Source of the DNA: Escherichia phage vB_VIPECOOM03
Direction: 5' to 3' (one strand)
Sequence record: OQ721911
Length of the DNA: 64,000 nucleotides
Part shown: positions 43,812-54,493 of the stretch, piece after piece
How positions within the stretch are numbered: the stretch's first letter is position 1
How the letters are laid out: each line of letters opens with the position of its first letter
Translations under genes and position numbers: made by a program
The notes under the pieces: model-generated
Databases searched by the model: none
Seen by the model: only the letters and a program-made list of their open reading frames with translations
Told to the model about the DNA's origin: nothing

Positions 43812-44729
43812 TCAAAATTCATTAATGCTATTAGTTAATTTAGAAAGACCCGCTTTTACAAAATATGAATAAATTTTGCCACGCGGTGGTAATTTATATG
43901 AATTATAGTAATTCACAATGTTTGAAGCAATATTATCAGGAATATAATCAAAGTCAATTAGAACTAAATTTTCTTTATATCGATTATATTCAGATTCAGT
44001 GAGAAGCACCTTAGCTTGCTCACGGTCATTAGCAATAGCTTCAACAATAGATGTTTTCATTGAAGGAGTTCGTTCACCTTCAACTCTGGTAAACCAAAAG
44101 TCAGATCGTACTTTAACTGAAGCAACGTTATCCTTTTTGTCGCCTTTAAGGATTTTAGTCATACAGTCAATTTCAGCAGAACCACTTTTAATTTTAACCC
44201 ATTTCTTATGCATCGGTGACCATTGCTTAACATTTGGGTATTTGTGAAGTTGAGTAAAGTCACCATCCGATGAAATGATTAAAATCTTGTGTCCTTCTAA
44301 AGAGAACTTTTTAACAAGAACAGCAACGTGGTCATCTGCTTCATACTTATCAATATCCATAACAATGTATGGCATATAAGCTTTCAATTCATCTATAACT
44401 TTATGACTGGATTCAAAATAACCTTCCCAGTCCCAAGTAGATTCTTCTCGCGCTTTTCCACGGTTTTTCTTATAGTAATAAGCGAAATCACGACGCCAAT
44501 ATCCGGATTTTGCGTTATCGATACACAACACAATTTTAGTGTATCCAAGAGTTTTTGCTTTTTTGACATTAAACTTAATTGAGTTCAATATCAAATGACG
44601 AACCATTGATAAATTAATTTTTTCTTTATCTGGGAAGTTTACTAGAGCAGTCGAAAGTGCAATTTGACTAAAGTCAATTAAGCAAATTCCTTCTTTGTAA
44701 TCTTCATCCAGCATCATTTCTAAATCCAT
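43812..44729 (-). CDS. rnh: RNase H / 5'-3' flap exonuclease
   Basis: 305 aa from MDLEMMLDEDYKEGICLIDFSQIALSTALVNF (FEN family). Confidence 0.93.
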   Translation of the reverse strand: MDLEMMLDEDYKEGICLIDFSQIALSTALVNFPDKEKINLSMVRHLILNSIKFNVKKAKTLGYTKIVLCIDNAKSGYWRRDFAYYYKKNRGKAREESTWDWEGYFESSHKVIDELKAYMPYIVMDIDKYEADDHVAVLVKKFSLEGHKILIISSDGDFTQLHKYPNVKQWSPMHKKWVKIKSGSAEIDCMTKILKGDKKDNVASVKVRSDFWFTRVEGERTPSMKTSIVEAIANDREQAKVLLTESEYNRYKENLVLIDFDYIPDNIASNIVNYYNSYKLPPRGKIYSYFVKAGLSKLTNSINEF

Positions 44730-44791
44730 ATGAACCTCGTTCAATTAGTGAGATTTCTATTATATACTATCCAAATCTTAAAGTAAACAAG

Positions 44792-44799
44792 TATAAATA
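44792..44799 (+). promoter_or_regulatory. Late promoter TATAAATA for gene 34
   Basis: Exact TATAAATA 35 bp upstream of the gene 34 ATG. Confidence 0.65.
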
Positions 44800-44833
44800 C
44801 TTATTATTGAAAACACAATAGGAGCCCGGGAGA

Positions 44834-47800
44834 ATGGCCGAGATTAAAAGAAAGTTCAGAGCAGAAGACGGTCTGGACGCAGGTGGCGATAAAATAATCA
44901 ACGTAGCTTTAGCTGATCGTACCGTAGGAACTGACGGTGTTAACGTTGATTACTTAATTCAAGAAAACACAGTTCAACAATATGATCCAACTCGTGGATA
45001 TTTAAAAGATTTTGTAATCATTTATAATAATCGTTTTTGGGCAGCAACGGATAATATTCCAAAACCTGCTGGAAGTTTTAATAGAATTCGTTGGAAAGCA
45101 TTACGTACTGATGCCGTATATACAACCGTATCATCTGGACCATATCAATTAAAATCCGGAGAAGCAATTTCAGTAGATACATCAGTTGGTAATGACATTG
45201 AGTTTAATTTACCACCTTCTCCGCTTGATGGAGAAACCGTAATAATTCAAGATATTGGTGGAAAACCTGGTATAAATCAGGTTAAAATAAATTCTTCAAA
45301 TCAGAGTATTGTTAATTTTAGAGGTGAACAAGTACGTTCAGTTCTAATGACTCATCCAAAGTCACAGATGATATTCATTTTTAATAATCGTTTGTGGCAA
45401 ATGTATGTTGCTGATTATAGCAGAGAAGCTGCGATTGTTACTCCATCGACTGCATATCAAGCACAATCTAATGATTTTATCGTGCGTAGATTTACTTCCG
45501 CTGCGCCGATTAATATTAAACTTCCGAGATTTGCTAATCATGGCGATATTATTAATTTCGTTGATTTAGATAAATTAAATCCACTTTATCATACAATTGT
45601 CACAACATATGATGAAACAACTTCAGTACAAGAAGTTGGAACTCATTCTATTGAAGGCCGTACATCGATTGACGGTTTCTTGATGTTTGATGATAATGAA
45701 AAATTATGGAGATTGTTTGACGGGGATAGTAAAGCACGTTTACGCATTATAACGACTAATTCAAACATTCGTCCAAATGAAGAAGTTATGGTATTTGGTG
45801 CGAATAATGGAACAACTCAAACAATTGAGCTTCAGCTTCCAACTAATATTTCTGTTGGTGATACTGTTAAAATTTCCATGAATTACATGAGAAAAGGACA
45901 AACAGTTAAAATCAAAGCTGCTGGTGAAGATAAAATTGCTTCTTCAGTTCAATTGCTGCAATTCCCAAAACGCTCAGAATATCCACCTGAAGCTGAATGG
46001 GTGACTGTTCAAGAATTAGTTTTTAACGGTGAAACTAATTATGTTCCAGTTTTACAACTTGCTTATATAGAAGATTCTGACGGAAAATACTGGGTTGTAC
46101 AGCAAAACGTTCCAACTGTTGAAAGAGTCGATTCTTTAAATAATTCTACTAGAGCAAGATTAGGCGTAATTGCTTTAGCTACACAAGCCCAAGCTAACGT
46201 CGATTTAGAAAATTCTCCACAAAAAGAATTAGCAATTACTCCAGAAACATTAGCTAACCGTACTGCTACAGAAACTCGCAGAGGTATCGCAAGAATAGCA
46301 ACTACTGCTCAAGTAAATCAGAACACTACATTCTCTTTTGCTGATGACCTTATCATCACTCCTAAAAAGCTGAATGAAAGAACTGCTACAGAAACTCGCA
46401 GAGGTGTTGCTGAAATTGCTACGCAGCAGGAAACTAATACAGGTACTGATGATACTACAATCATCACTCCTAAAAAGCTTCAAGCTCGTCAAGGTTCTGA
46501 AACATTATCGGGTATTGTAACTTTTGTATCTACCGCAGGAGCTACTCCAGCTTCTAGTCGTGAATTAAATGGTACAAATGTTTATAATAAAAATACTAAT
46601 AATTTAGTTGTTTCGCCTAAAGCTTTGGATCAGTATAAAGCTACTCCAACACAGCAAGGTGCAGTAATTTTAGCAGTTGAAAGTGAAGTAATTGCTGGAC
46701 AAAGCCAAGAAGGATGGGCAAATGCGGTTGTAACGCCAGAAACGTTACATAAAAAGACATCAACTGATGGAAGAATTGGTTTAATTGAGATTGCTACGCA
46801 AAGCGAAGTTAATACAGGAACTGATTATACTCGTGCAGTCACTCCTAAAACTTTAAATGACCGTAAAGCAACTGAAAGTTTAAGTGGTATAGCTGAAATT
46901 GCTACACAAGTTGAATTCGACGCAGGTGTCGACGATACTCGTATCTCTACACCATTAAAAATTAAAACCAGATTTAATAGTACTGATCGTACTTCTGTTG
47001 TTGCTCTATCTGGATTAGTTGAATCAGGAACTCTCTGGGACCATTATACCCTTAATATTCTTGAAGCAAATGAGACACAACGTGGTACACTTCGTGTAGC
47101 TACACAAGTTGAAGCTGCTGCAGGAACATTGGATAATGTTCTAATAACTCCTAAAAAGCTTTTAGGTACTAAATCTACTGAAGCGCAGGAAGGTGTTATT
47201 AAAGTTGCAACTCGGTCTGAAACTGTAGCTGGAACGTCAGCAAATACTGCTGTATCTCCAAAAAATTTAAAATGGATTGTGCAGAGTGAACCTACTTGGG
47301 CAGCTACTACTGCGATAAGAGGTTTTGTTAAAACCTCATCCGGTTCAATTACATTCGTTGGTAATGATACAGCTGGTTCTACGCAGGACTTAGAACTATA
47401 TGAGAAAAATAACTATGCAGTATCACCATATGAATTAAACCGCGTATTAGCAAATTATTTGCCGTTAAAAGCAAAAGCTGTAGATAGTAATTTATTAGAT
47501 GGTTTAGATTCACTCCAGTTCATTCGTAGGGATATTGCGCAGACGGTTAATGGTTCACTAACCTTAACGCAACAAACGAATCTGAGTGCCCCTCTTGTAT
47601 CATCTAGTACTGCTACGTTTGGTGGATCAGTTTCGGCAAATAGTACATTAACTATTTCTAATACTGGAACGGCAACTCGTCTGATTTTTGAAAAAGGGCC
47701 TCAAACTGGGACGAACCCAGCTCAAACGATGACAGTCAGAGTGTGGGGAAATCAATTCAGCAGTGAATCGGACACAACACGTTCTACTGTATTTGAAGTT

Positions 47801-48703
47801 AGTGATGAAACGTCTAGTCACTTTTATTCTCAGCGCAATAAAGCTGGTAATATAACATTTAATATAAACGGTACAGTAACGCCGATAAATGTGAATGCTT
47901 CAGGAACATTGAATGCGAATGGCGTTGCAACATTCGGTAGTTCAGTTACTGCTAATGGCGAATTTATCAGTAAATCATCGAATGCTTTTAGAGCAATAAA
48001 CGGTGATTATGGATTCTTTATTCGTAATGATGGTGCTAACACCTATTTTATGCTTACTGCATCTGGTGATCAGACCGGTGAATTTAATGGATTACGTCCT
48101 TTATCTATTAATAATGCATCTGGTCAAGTAACGATTGGTGAAAGCTTAATCATTGCCAAAGGTGCTACTATAAATTCAGGCGGTTTGACTGTTAACTCGA
48201 GAATTCGTTCTCAGGGTACTAAAACATCTGATTTATACACCCGTGCCCCAACATCTGATACTGTAGGATTCTGGTCAATAGATATTAACGATTCAGCCAC
48301 TTATAACCAGTTCCCGGGTTATTTTAAAATGGTTGAAAAAACTAATGAAGTGACTGGACTTCCATACTTAGAACGTGGCGAAGAAGTTAAATCTCCCGGT
48401 ACATTGACTCAGTTTGGTAACACACTTGATTCGCTTTACCAAGATTGGATTACTTATCCAACTACCCCAGAAGCGCGCACCACTCGCTGGACACGCACAT
48501 GGCAGAAAACCAAAAACTCTTGGTCAAGTTTTGTTCAGGTATTTGATGGGGGTAACCCTCCTCAACCTTCGGATATAGGAGCGATCCCATCTGATAACGG
48601 AATAATAGGTAATCTTACTATTCGTGATTTCTTGCGAATTGGTAATGTTCGCATTATTCCTGACCCAGTGAATAAAACTGTTAAATTTGAGTGGATTGAG
48701 TAA
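44834..48703 (+). CDS. 34: Long tail fibre proximal subunit gp34
   Basis: 1289 aa, MAEIKRKFRAEDGLDAGGDKIINVALADRTVGTDGVNVDYLIQENT; internal fibre repeats (TATETRRG...ITPKKL). Confidence 0.95.
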   Translation: MAEIKRKFRAEDGLDAGGDKIINVALADRTVGTDGVNVDYLIQENTVQQYDPTRGYLKDFVIIYNNRFWAATDNIPKPAGSFNRIRWKALRTDAVYTTVSSGPYQLKSGEAISVDTSVGNDIEFNLPPSPLDGETVIIQDIGGKPGINQVKINSSNQSIVNFRGEQVRSVLMTHPKSQMIFIFNNRLWQMYVADYSREAAIVTPSTAYQAQSNDFIVRRFTSAAPINIKLPRFANHGDIINFVDLDKLNPLYHTIVTTYDETTSVQEVGTHSIEGRTSIDGFLMFDDNEKLWRLFDGDSKARLRIITTNSNIRPNEEVMVFGANNGTTQTIELQLPTNISVGDTVKISMNYMRKGQTVKIKAAGEDKIASSVQLLQFPKRSEYPPEAEWVTVQELVFNGETNYVPVLQLAYIEDSDGKYWVVQQNVPTVERVDSLNNSTRARLGVIALATQAQANVDLENSPQKELAITPETLANRTATETRRGIARIATTAQVNQNTTFSFADDLIITPKKLNERTATETRRGVAEIATQQETNTGTDDTTIITPKKLQARQGSETLSGIVTFVSTAGATPASSRELNGTNVYNKNTNNLVVSPKALDQYKATPTQQGAVILAVESEVIAGQSQEGWANAVVTPETLHKKTSTDGRIGLIEIATQSEVNTGTDYTRAVTPKTLNDRKATESLSGIAEIATQVEFDAGVDDTRISTPLKIKTRFNSTDRTSVVALSGLVESGTLWDHYTLNILEANETQRGTLRVATQVEAAAGTLDNVLITPKKLLGTKSTEAQEGVIKVATRSETVAGTSANTAVSPKNLKWIVQSEPTWAATTAIRGFVKTSSGSITFVGNDTAGSTQDLELYEKNNYAVSPYELNRVLANYLPLKAKAVDSNLLDGLDSLQFIRRDIAQTVNGSLTLTQQTNLSAPLVSSSTATFGGSVSANSTLTISNTGTATRLIFEKGPQTGTNPAQTMTVRVWGNQFSSESDTTRSTVFEVSDETSSHFYSQRNKAGNITFNINGTVTPINVNASGTLNANGVATFGSSVTANGEFISKSSNAFRAINGDYGFFIRNDGANTYFMLTASGDQTGEFNGLRPLSINNASGQVTIGESLIIAKGATINSGGLTVNSRIRSQGTKTSDLYTRAPTSDTVGFWSIDINDSATYNQFPGYFKMVEKTNEVTGLPYLERGEEVKSPGTLTQFGNTLDSLYQDWITYPTTPEARTTRWTRTWQKTKNSWSSFVQVFDGGNPPQPSDIGAIPSDNGIIGNLTIRDFLRIGNVRIIPDPVNKTVKFEWIE

Positions 48704-48711
48704 GAGGTATT

Positions 48712-49827
48712 ATGGAAAAATTTATGGCAGAGTTTGGACAAGGATACGTCCAAACGCCATTTTTATCGGAAAGTAATTCAGTAAGATATAAAATAAGTAT
48801 AGCGGGTTCTTGCCCGCTTTCTACAGCAGGACCGTATGTTAAATTTCAGGATAATCCTGTCGGAAATCAAACATTTAGCGCAGGTCTTCATTTAAGAGTT
48901 TTTGACCCTTCAACAGGAGCATTAGTTGATAGTAAGTCATATGCTTTTTCTACTTCAAATAATACTACATCAGCTGCTTTTGTTAGTTTCATGAATTCTT
49001 TGTCAAACAATAGACTTGTTGCTATATTAACTAGCGGAAAGGTTAATTTTCCTCCTGAAGTGATATCTTGGTTAAGGGGAGCAGGAACTTCAGTTTTTCC
49101 ATCAGATTCAGTATTGTCAAGATTTGACGTATCATATGCTGCTTTTTATACTTCTTCTAAAAGAGCTATTGCATTAGAGCATGTTAAACTAAGTAATAGA
49201 AAAAGCACAGATGATTATCAAACTATTTTAGATGTTGTATTTGATAGTTTAGAAGACGTCGGAGCTACGGGATTTCCTAAAAGAACATATGAAAGTGTCG
49301 AGCAATTTATGTCAGCGGTTGGTGGAACTAATAACGAAATTGCGCGATTGCCAACTTCAGCTGCTATAAGTAAACTATCTGATTATAATTTAATTCCTGG
49401 CGATGTTCTTTATCTTAAAGCACAGTTATATGCTGATGCTGATTTACTTGATCTTGGAACTACAAACATATCCATTCGTTTTTATGATGCATCAAATGGA
49501 TATATTTCCTCTACCCAAGCTGAGTTTACTGGGCAAGCTGGGTCTTGGGAATTAAAGGAAGATTATGTAGTTGTTCCTGAAAATGCAGTCGGATTTACTA
49601 TATATGCGCAGAGAACTGCTCAAGCTGGTCAAGGCGGAATGAGGAATTTAAGCTTTTCTGAAGTATCAAGAAATGGCGGCATTTCAAAACCTGCCGAATT
49701 TGGCGTCAACGGTATTCGTGTTAATTATATCTGTGAATCGGCTTCACCTCCAGATATAATGGTACTTCCTACACAAGCCTCTTCTAAAACTGGCAAAGTG
49801 TTTGGGCAAGAATTTAGAGAAGTTTAA
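48712..49827 (+). CDS. 35: Long tail fibre hinge protein gp35
   Basis: 371 aa, syntenic between genes 34 and 36. Confidence 0.92.
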   Translation: MEKFMAEFGQGYVQTPFLSESNSVRYKISIAGSCPLSTAGPYVKFQDNPVGNQTFSAGLHLRVFDPSTGALVDSKSYAFSTSNNTTSAAFVSFMNSLSNNRLVAILTSGKVNFPPEVISWLRGAGTSVFPSDSVLSRFDVSYAAFYTSSKRAIALEHVKLSNRKSTDDYQTILDVVFDSLEDVGATGFPKRTYESVEQFMSAVGGTNNEIARLPTSAAISKLSDYNLIPGDVLYLKAQLYADADLLDLGTTNISIRFYDASNGYISSTQAEFTGQAGSWELKEDYVVVPENAVGFTIYAQRTAQAGQGGMRNLSFSEVSRNGGISKPAEFGVNGIRVNYICESASPPDIMVLPTQASSKTGKVFGQEFREV

Positions 49828-49832
49828 ACTGA

Positions 49833-49860
49833 GGGAGCCTTCGGGTTCCCTTTTTCTTTA
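49833..49860 (+). terminator. Gene 35 terminator hairpin GGGAGCC-UUCG-GGUUCCC plus U-run (copy 1)
   Basis: 7-bp stem (one G-U pair), UUCG tetraloop, UUUUUCUUUA. Confidence 0.6.
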
Positions 49861-49959
49861 TGAATCGGCTTCACCTCCAGATATAATGGTACTTCCTACA
49901 CAAGCCTCTTCTAAAACTGGCAAAGTGTTTGGGCAAGAATTTAGAGAAGTTTAAACTGA

Positions 49960-49987
49960 GGGAGCCTTCGGGTTCCCTTTTTCTTTA
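49960..49987 (+). terminator. Duplicated terminator hairpin (copy 2)
   Basis: Identical sequence 127 bp downstream of copy 1. Confidence 0.6.
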
Positions 49988-49993
49988 TAAATA
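49986..49993 (+). promoter_or_regulatory. Late promoter TATAAATA for gene 36
   Basis: TATAAATA spanning the 3' edge of repeat copy 2, 24 bp upstream of the gene 36 ATG. Confidence 0.65.
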
Positions 49994-50016
49994 ATATTAA
50001 AATAAAGGGGCATATA

Positions 50017-50673
50017 ATGGCTGATTTAAAAGTAGGTTCAACTGTGGGTGGATCTGTCATTTGGCATCAAGGAAATTTTCCATTGAATTCAGCCGGTGAC
50101 GATGTACTCTACAAATCATTTAAAATATATTCAGAATATAATAAACCGCAGGCAGCTGATAACGATTTCGTTTCTAAAGCTAATGGCGGTACGTATTTAA
50201 ATAAAGTAATTTTTAATAAAGGAATGACTGTTCCTGGTGCAGGGTCAGGTGACAATGGTATTTTTGCTGGTCCTGGTGATAATGCCACGTATGATACTAC
50301 AAATATGGATATTGTTTCGTGGTATGGTATTGGTTTTAAATCATCACAGGGTTCAGCGGGTAGAACTGTAGTAATTAACACGCGAAATGGAGATATTAGC
50401 TCAAAGGGTGTAATTGAAGCATCACAAATACGCGCAACTTCATTATCACCAGTAAATAATTATGACCTTACACGGAAAGATTATGTTGATGGAGCAATAA
50501 ATATTGTTACAGCAAACGCAAACTCTAGAGTATTACGCTCTGGAGACACTATGACAGGAAATTTGACTGCGCCAAACCTTTTTTCACAGAATCCTGCATC
50601 TCAACCTTCACATGTTCCACGATTTGATCAAATTGTTATTAAGGATTCTGTTCAAGATTTCGGCTATTATTAA
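50017..50673 (+). CDS. 36: Long tail fibre distal hinge subunit gp36
   Basis: 218 aa, [46 protein letters not shown]. Confidence 0.92.
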   Translation: MADLKVGSTVGGSVIWHQGNFPLNSAGDDVLYKSFKIYSEYNKPQAADNDFVSKANGGTYLNKVIFNKGMTVPGAGSGDNGIFAGPGDNATYDTTNMDIVSWYGIGFKSSQGSAGRTVVINTRNGDISSKGVIEASQIRATSLSPVNNYDLTRKDYVDGAINIVTANANSRVLRSGDTMTGNLTAPNLFSQNPASQPSHVPRFDQIVIKDSVQDFGYY

Positions 50674-50681
50674 GAGGACTT

Positions 50682-53630
50682 ATGGCTACTTTAAAACAAA
50701 TACAATTTAAAAGAAGCAAAACCGCAGGTCAACTTCCTGCTGCTTCAGTATTAGCCGAAGGTGAATTGGCTATTAATTTAAAAGATAAAGCAATTTTCAC
50801 AAAAGATGATTCAGGCAATGTTATAGAATTAGGTTTAAAATATGGAGGAACAATTGATGGTTCTTTAACTGTTAATGGAAATATAACTGGAACTTTAATT
50901 GGAAATTCTAGCACAGCTACTAAATTGCAAACACCTAGGAAAATTAATGGTATATCCTTTGATGGGTCAAAAGATATCACGCTAACTCCATCTGACATAA
51001 ATGTCAATAGCACAACGTTTATAAAAAATAACGGCGAATTACCGGTTGATGCTAATTTAGATGAGTATGGGCCTGTTGAAGAATATCTTGGGGTTTGGTC
51101 GAAATCTACTTCAACAAATGCGCAACCGGCAAATAAATTCCCAGAAGAAAATGCCGTAGGTGTACTAGAAGTATTTGTGGCCGGTCAATTTGCTGGTACT
51201 CAGAGATATACTGTAAGATCTGGTAACGTATATGTTCGATCTTTGTCTGCTAAATGGAACGGTGTTAACGGTCCGTGGGGAGTTTGGCGTAATGTTCAAG
51301 CGTCAACTCGTCCACTTTCACAAACGATTGACCTTGATAGCTTGGGAGAATTAGAACATTGCGGCTTATGGCGAAATAGTTCAAGTGCTATTGCATCATT
51401 TGATCGCCATTATCCAGAAGAAGGATCAGCCGCACAAGGATTTTTAGAAATATTTGAAGGTGGTTTATACACGAGAACGCAGCGATATACTACCCGCATG
51501 GGTATGGTTTATACTCGTTGTCTCGCTGCCGCATGGGATGCTAGCGCACCCAAGTGGGAGGAATGGAAGCAGGTTGGTCATGGCACACCAGCGACTTTTT
51601 ATGATGGAGATCTGAATGATTTTAAAACTCCTGGGTTATATAATATTTTAGGCACTGATGCCGTTATTAATTGCCCTACAGGTGAAGGTTTACCAGCCGT
51701 TATTGTTGGTTTGCTAGAAGTTAAACAGCGTGCTTCTGGTGGTGCTATTTTCCAAAAATTTACTACTGCCGGAACGGGTGAAACTACTCGCGATCGTATT
51801 TTTGAGCGTGCATATACTGGTGGTGCGTGGGGTGCATGGAACGAAGTATATACATCTTATTCTCTGCCAATTACTTTGGGTATGGGTGGTATTAAAGCTC
51901 AATTATCGGAGTTAGATTGGCAAACCTTTGATTTTGTTCCTGGTAGTATGTTTAGCGTTCCTTTGAACAAAATAAAGAATATGCCAGCAAATATGGATTG
52001 GGGCACGATTGATGGAAACCTGGTTATGTTTTCCGTTGGTCCTAGCGAACATACTGGCACAGGACGTACTGTTCAGGTTTGGCGTGGTACTGTATCCCAG
52101 ACAAACTACCGTTATTTTGTTGTGCGTATAGCTGGAAATCCAGGAAACAGGACTAACACTTGTCGCCGTGTTGTTCTTGAAGACGGATCACATACTTGGA
52201 CTGCTCAACAAAACTTTAGGGGATTGCTAAATATCACCGCTGATATTAATCTTGGTGCTAATAAGAAAATTTCAATTGCTCCGGGAGCATATATTCAAGG
52301 CCCTGCTAGCGGTTCTGGTTCAAATACTTACGCAAATCAGAATACTACTATTGCGCCATTATATCAGGCCATTGACGATTCAAATAAAAACCAGTTTGCT
52401 CCTATTGTAAAACAGAAAAACACTGTAACAAATATTACTATGGCTTCTGGTATGGATATTGCTAGTTCAGAATATCGTATCATTGCTCAAGGTGATTTAT
52501 CCGCTACTGGAACTACAGCTAATGAATTAGCTACATGGCGTTTCTTGCCGTCTGGCCGATTCATGTCACAAAGTCGAGTTTATGCTGGCGCAGCATTCTT
52601 GAACACTGATGGTAACATTGCTGGTTCAATCTGGAAGAAATACAACGATGCAACCAACTTAGACGCTGCTTTGAATACTCGCGTAGGTAAAAGCGGTGAT
52701 ATTATGACCGGACGCTTGACAATTCAAAGCCCAGGTGATTCTATTGTATTATCAGCACCTGCTAGTAATTCTTTGCATATTCGTGGTGACGTAGACGGGA
52801 CTGGTAACTGGTATATTGGTAAGGGTGGTGATGATAATGGATTAGCGTTCTATAGTTATGCTACTAATGCTGGTGTATACATTACAAACGCAGGAGATAT
52901 CACGCTAAGTCCAAAAGGCGTCGAAATGGCTCATGTCAATAACATTCGATTATATGTTCATGGTGAACGTTGGACCGCTAGTCAACCAGGTGATTGGGGC
53001 AACCAATGGCGAGTAGAAGCGCCAATATTCGTCGATCATGGTTATGTTGGATCAGATAGCTATTATCCAATTATTAAAGGAAGAAGTGTAGTCACCAATC
53101 AAGGGTTTGTAACTGCCGTCGATCTTGGTATTCGTCGTGTCCCTAATAATTGGGGACAAGCAATTATTCGTGTTGGATCTGCGGAGGCATCGCCAGCGGC
53201 TGGACACCCTAACGCGGTATTTGAATTTCATTACGACGGTACTTTCTATTCTCCTGGTAATGGTAACTTTAACGATGTGTATATTCGTTCCGATGGTCGA
53301 CTTAAGATCAATAAAGAAGAGTTAGAAAACGGAGCACTTGAAAAAGTATGCCGACTGAAGGTTTATACATACGATAAGGTTAAGTCTATTAAAGATCGTA
53401 GTGTTATTAAACGTGAAGTTGGTATTATTGCTCAGGATCTTGAAAAAGAATTACCGGAAGCTGTGTCTAAAGTTGAAGTTGATGGATCTGATGTTCTGAC
53501 AATTTCTAACTCCGCTGTGAATGCTCTTTTAATTAAGGCTATCCAAGAAATGAGCGAAGAAATTAAAGAATTAAAAACGCCTTTCTTCACTAAAATTGCT
53601 CGCAAAATTAGTAATTATTTTAAATTCTAA
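50682..53630 (+). CDS. 37: Long tail fibre distal subunit gp37 with C-terminal intramolecular-chaperone-like domain
   Basis: 982 aa, [51 protein letters not shown]; C-terminus has SDGRLK and GIIAQDLE motifs. Confidence 0.92.
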   Translation: MATLKQIQFKRSKTAGQLPAASVLAEGELAINLKDKAIFTKDDSGNVIELGLKYGGTIDGSLTVNGNITGTLIGNSSTATKLQTPRKINGISFDGSKDITLTPSDINVNSTTFIKNNGELPVDANLDEYGPVEEYLGVWSKSTSTNAQPANKFPEENAVGVLEVFVAGQFAGTQRYTVRSGNVYVRSLSAKWNGVNGPWGVWRNVQASTRPLSQTIDLDSLGELEHCGLWRNSSSAIASFDRHYPEEGSAAQGFLEIFEGGLYTRTQRYTTRMGMVYTRCLAAAWDASAPKWEEWKQVGHGTPATFYDGDLNDFKTPGLYNILGTDAVINCPTGEGLPAVIVGLLEVKQRASGGAIFQKFTTAGTGETTRDRIFERAYTGGAWGAWNEVYTSYSLPITLGMGGIKAQLSELDWQTFDFVPGSMFSVPLNKIKNMPANMDWGTIDGNLVMFSVGPSEHTGTGRTVQVWRGTVSQTNYRYFVVRIAGNPGNRTNTCRRVVLEDGSHTWTAQQNFRGLLNITADINLGANKKISIAPGAYIQGPASGSGSNTYANQNTTIAPLYQAIDDSNKNQFAPIVKQKNTVTNITMASGMDIASSEYRIIAQGDLSATGTTANELATWRFLPSGRFMSQSRVYAGAAFLNTDGNIAGSIWKKYNDATNLDAALNTRVGKSGDIMTGRLTIQSPGDSIVLSAPASNSLHIRGDVDGTGNWYIGKGGDDNGLAFYSYATNAGVYITNAGDITLSPKGVEMAHVNNIRLYVHGERWTASQPGDWGNQWRVEAPIFVDHGYVGSDSYYPIIKGRSVVTNQGFVTAVDLGIRRVPNNWGQAIIRVGSAEASPAAGHPNAVFEFHYDGTFYSPGNGNFNDVYIRSDGRLKINKEELENGALEKVCRLKVYTYDKVKSIKDRSVIKREVGIIAQDLEKELPEAVSKVEVDGSDVLTISNSAVNALLIKAIQEMSEEIKELKTPFFTKIARKISNYFKF
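53289..53630 (+). other. Putative self-cleaving intramolecular chaperone domain (peptidase S74-like) at the gp37 C-terminus
   Basis: Last 113 codons: S870-D-G-R-L-K875 (Ser/Lys spacing as in endosialidase and T5 L-shaped fibre chaperone domains), then [16 protein letters not shown]. Confidence 0.6.
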
Positions 53631-53636
53631 CAACAA

Positions 53637-53649
53637 GGGGCTTTGCCCC
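53637..53649 (+). terminator. Hairpin GGGGC-UUU-GCCCC between genes 37 and 38
   Basis: Short stem-loop; downstream sequence is not U-rich, so it may be an RNA stability or attenuator element rather than a full terminator. Confidence 0.35.
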
Positions 53650-53662
53650 TTTGGAGAAAATT

Positions 53663-54463
53663 ATGGCAGTAGTTGGTGTTCCCGGTTGGATTGGAAGTTC
53701 ATCTGTAAATGAAACAGGACAACGATGGATGAGTCAAGCGGCTGGTCAATTAAGATTGGGTGTTCCTTGCTGGATGAGCCAATTCGCCGGACGCTCAAGA
53801 GAGATTATTCATACCGTAACAGCAAACCATAACTTTAATGGTCAATGGTTCCGCGACCGTTGCTTTGAAGCTGGCGGTGCACCCATTGTATTCAATATTG
53901 TTGGTGATATCGTTTCTTATTCTAAAGATGTGCCACTTTTCTTTATGTATGGGGATACGCCTAATGAATATGTTGTTCTTAATATTCATGGCGGTGTTCA
54001 TATGTGGGGTCGTGGTGGTAATGGTGGATACACTCACTCAGGAGGCGACGGTAACGGTACACAAGGCGGTCATGTTATTCAAAATGATATCGGTGGACGG
54101 CTTCGTATTTGGAACTACGGTGTTATAGCTGCTGGCGGTGGTGGTGGTGGCGGTATTGCATATCGTCCACACTCAGGGGCAAACTGGCAAGATATCGGTG
54201 GCGGTGGCGGTCGACCTTTCGGTGGTGCTGGCGGTGGCGGTTATTCCGGTGGTGCTGCTTCGTATGAAGGTCCGGGTGGTGGTTATGACTATGGTAACGC
54301 ACACTCCGGCGCAGGCGGTAATGCTGGTGCTGCTGGTCAGAATGCATGGTATGACGGCGGTAAAGTTCTTAAAGTTGGTGTTGGTGGTGCGTCTGGTCAT
54401 GCAGTGTTTGGATCTTCTCCAACTTGGGGTGCTGTTGGAACAATTTACGGACCAAGAGTATAA
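53663..54463 (+). CDS. 38: T2-type receptor-recognising tail fibre adhesin gp38 with glycine-rich motifs
   Basis: 266 aa from ATG 53663 (GGAG SD); [43 protein letters not shown] then poly-Gly blocks (GGGGGGG, GGGGG, GGAGGGG) separated by short variable segments. Confidence 0.9.
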   Translation: MAVVGVPGWIGSSSVNETGQRWMSQAAGQLRLGVPCWMSQFAGRSREIIHTVTANHNFNGQWFRDRCFEAGGAPIVFNIVGDIVSYSKDVPLFFMYGDTPNEYVVLNIHGGVHMWGRGGNGGYTHSGGDGNGTQGGHVIQNDIGGRLRIWNYGVIAAGGGGGGGIAYRPHSGANWQDIGGGGGRPFGGAGGGGYSGGAASYEGPGGGYDYGNAHSGAGGNAGAAGQNAWYDGGKVLKVGVGGASGHAVFGSSPTWGAVGTIYGPRV

Positions 54464-54493
54464 TTTGAATAAATATCCTTAAAAGGAGGGTCT

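Larger units (their letters stand above)
49734..49987 (+). repeat. Perfect tandem duplication, 2 x 127 bp, covering the last 91 nt of gene 35, its stop and its terminator hairpin
   Basis: Unit tgaatcggcttcacc...gggagccttcgggttccctttttcttta occurs at 49734-49860 and again, base for base, at 49861-49987. Confidence 0.9.

Noticed and set aside
46250-46492. 80-aa - strand ORF inside gene 34
   Set aside because: Antisense to a well-supported structural gene and created by the internal repeats; no start context
49734-49987. Possible CRISPR array or attachment-site repeat
   Set aside because: Only two copies, directly abutting with no spacer, and the unit is coding sequence plus terminator; this is a tandem duplication, not a CRISPR array
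54123-54482. Three ORFs (54123-54347 -, 54138-54482 +, 54173-54400 -) with His/Arg-rich or hydrophobic low-complexity products
   Set aside because: All lie inside the glycine-codon repeat region of gene 38; they are alternative-frame artefacts of GGT/GGC repeats
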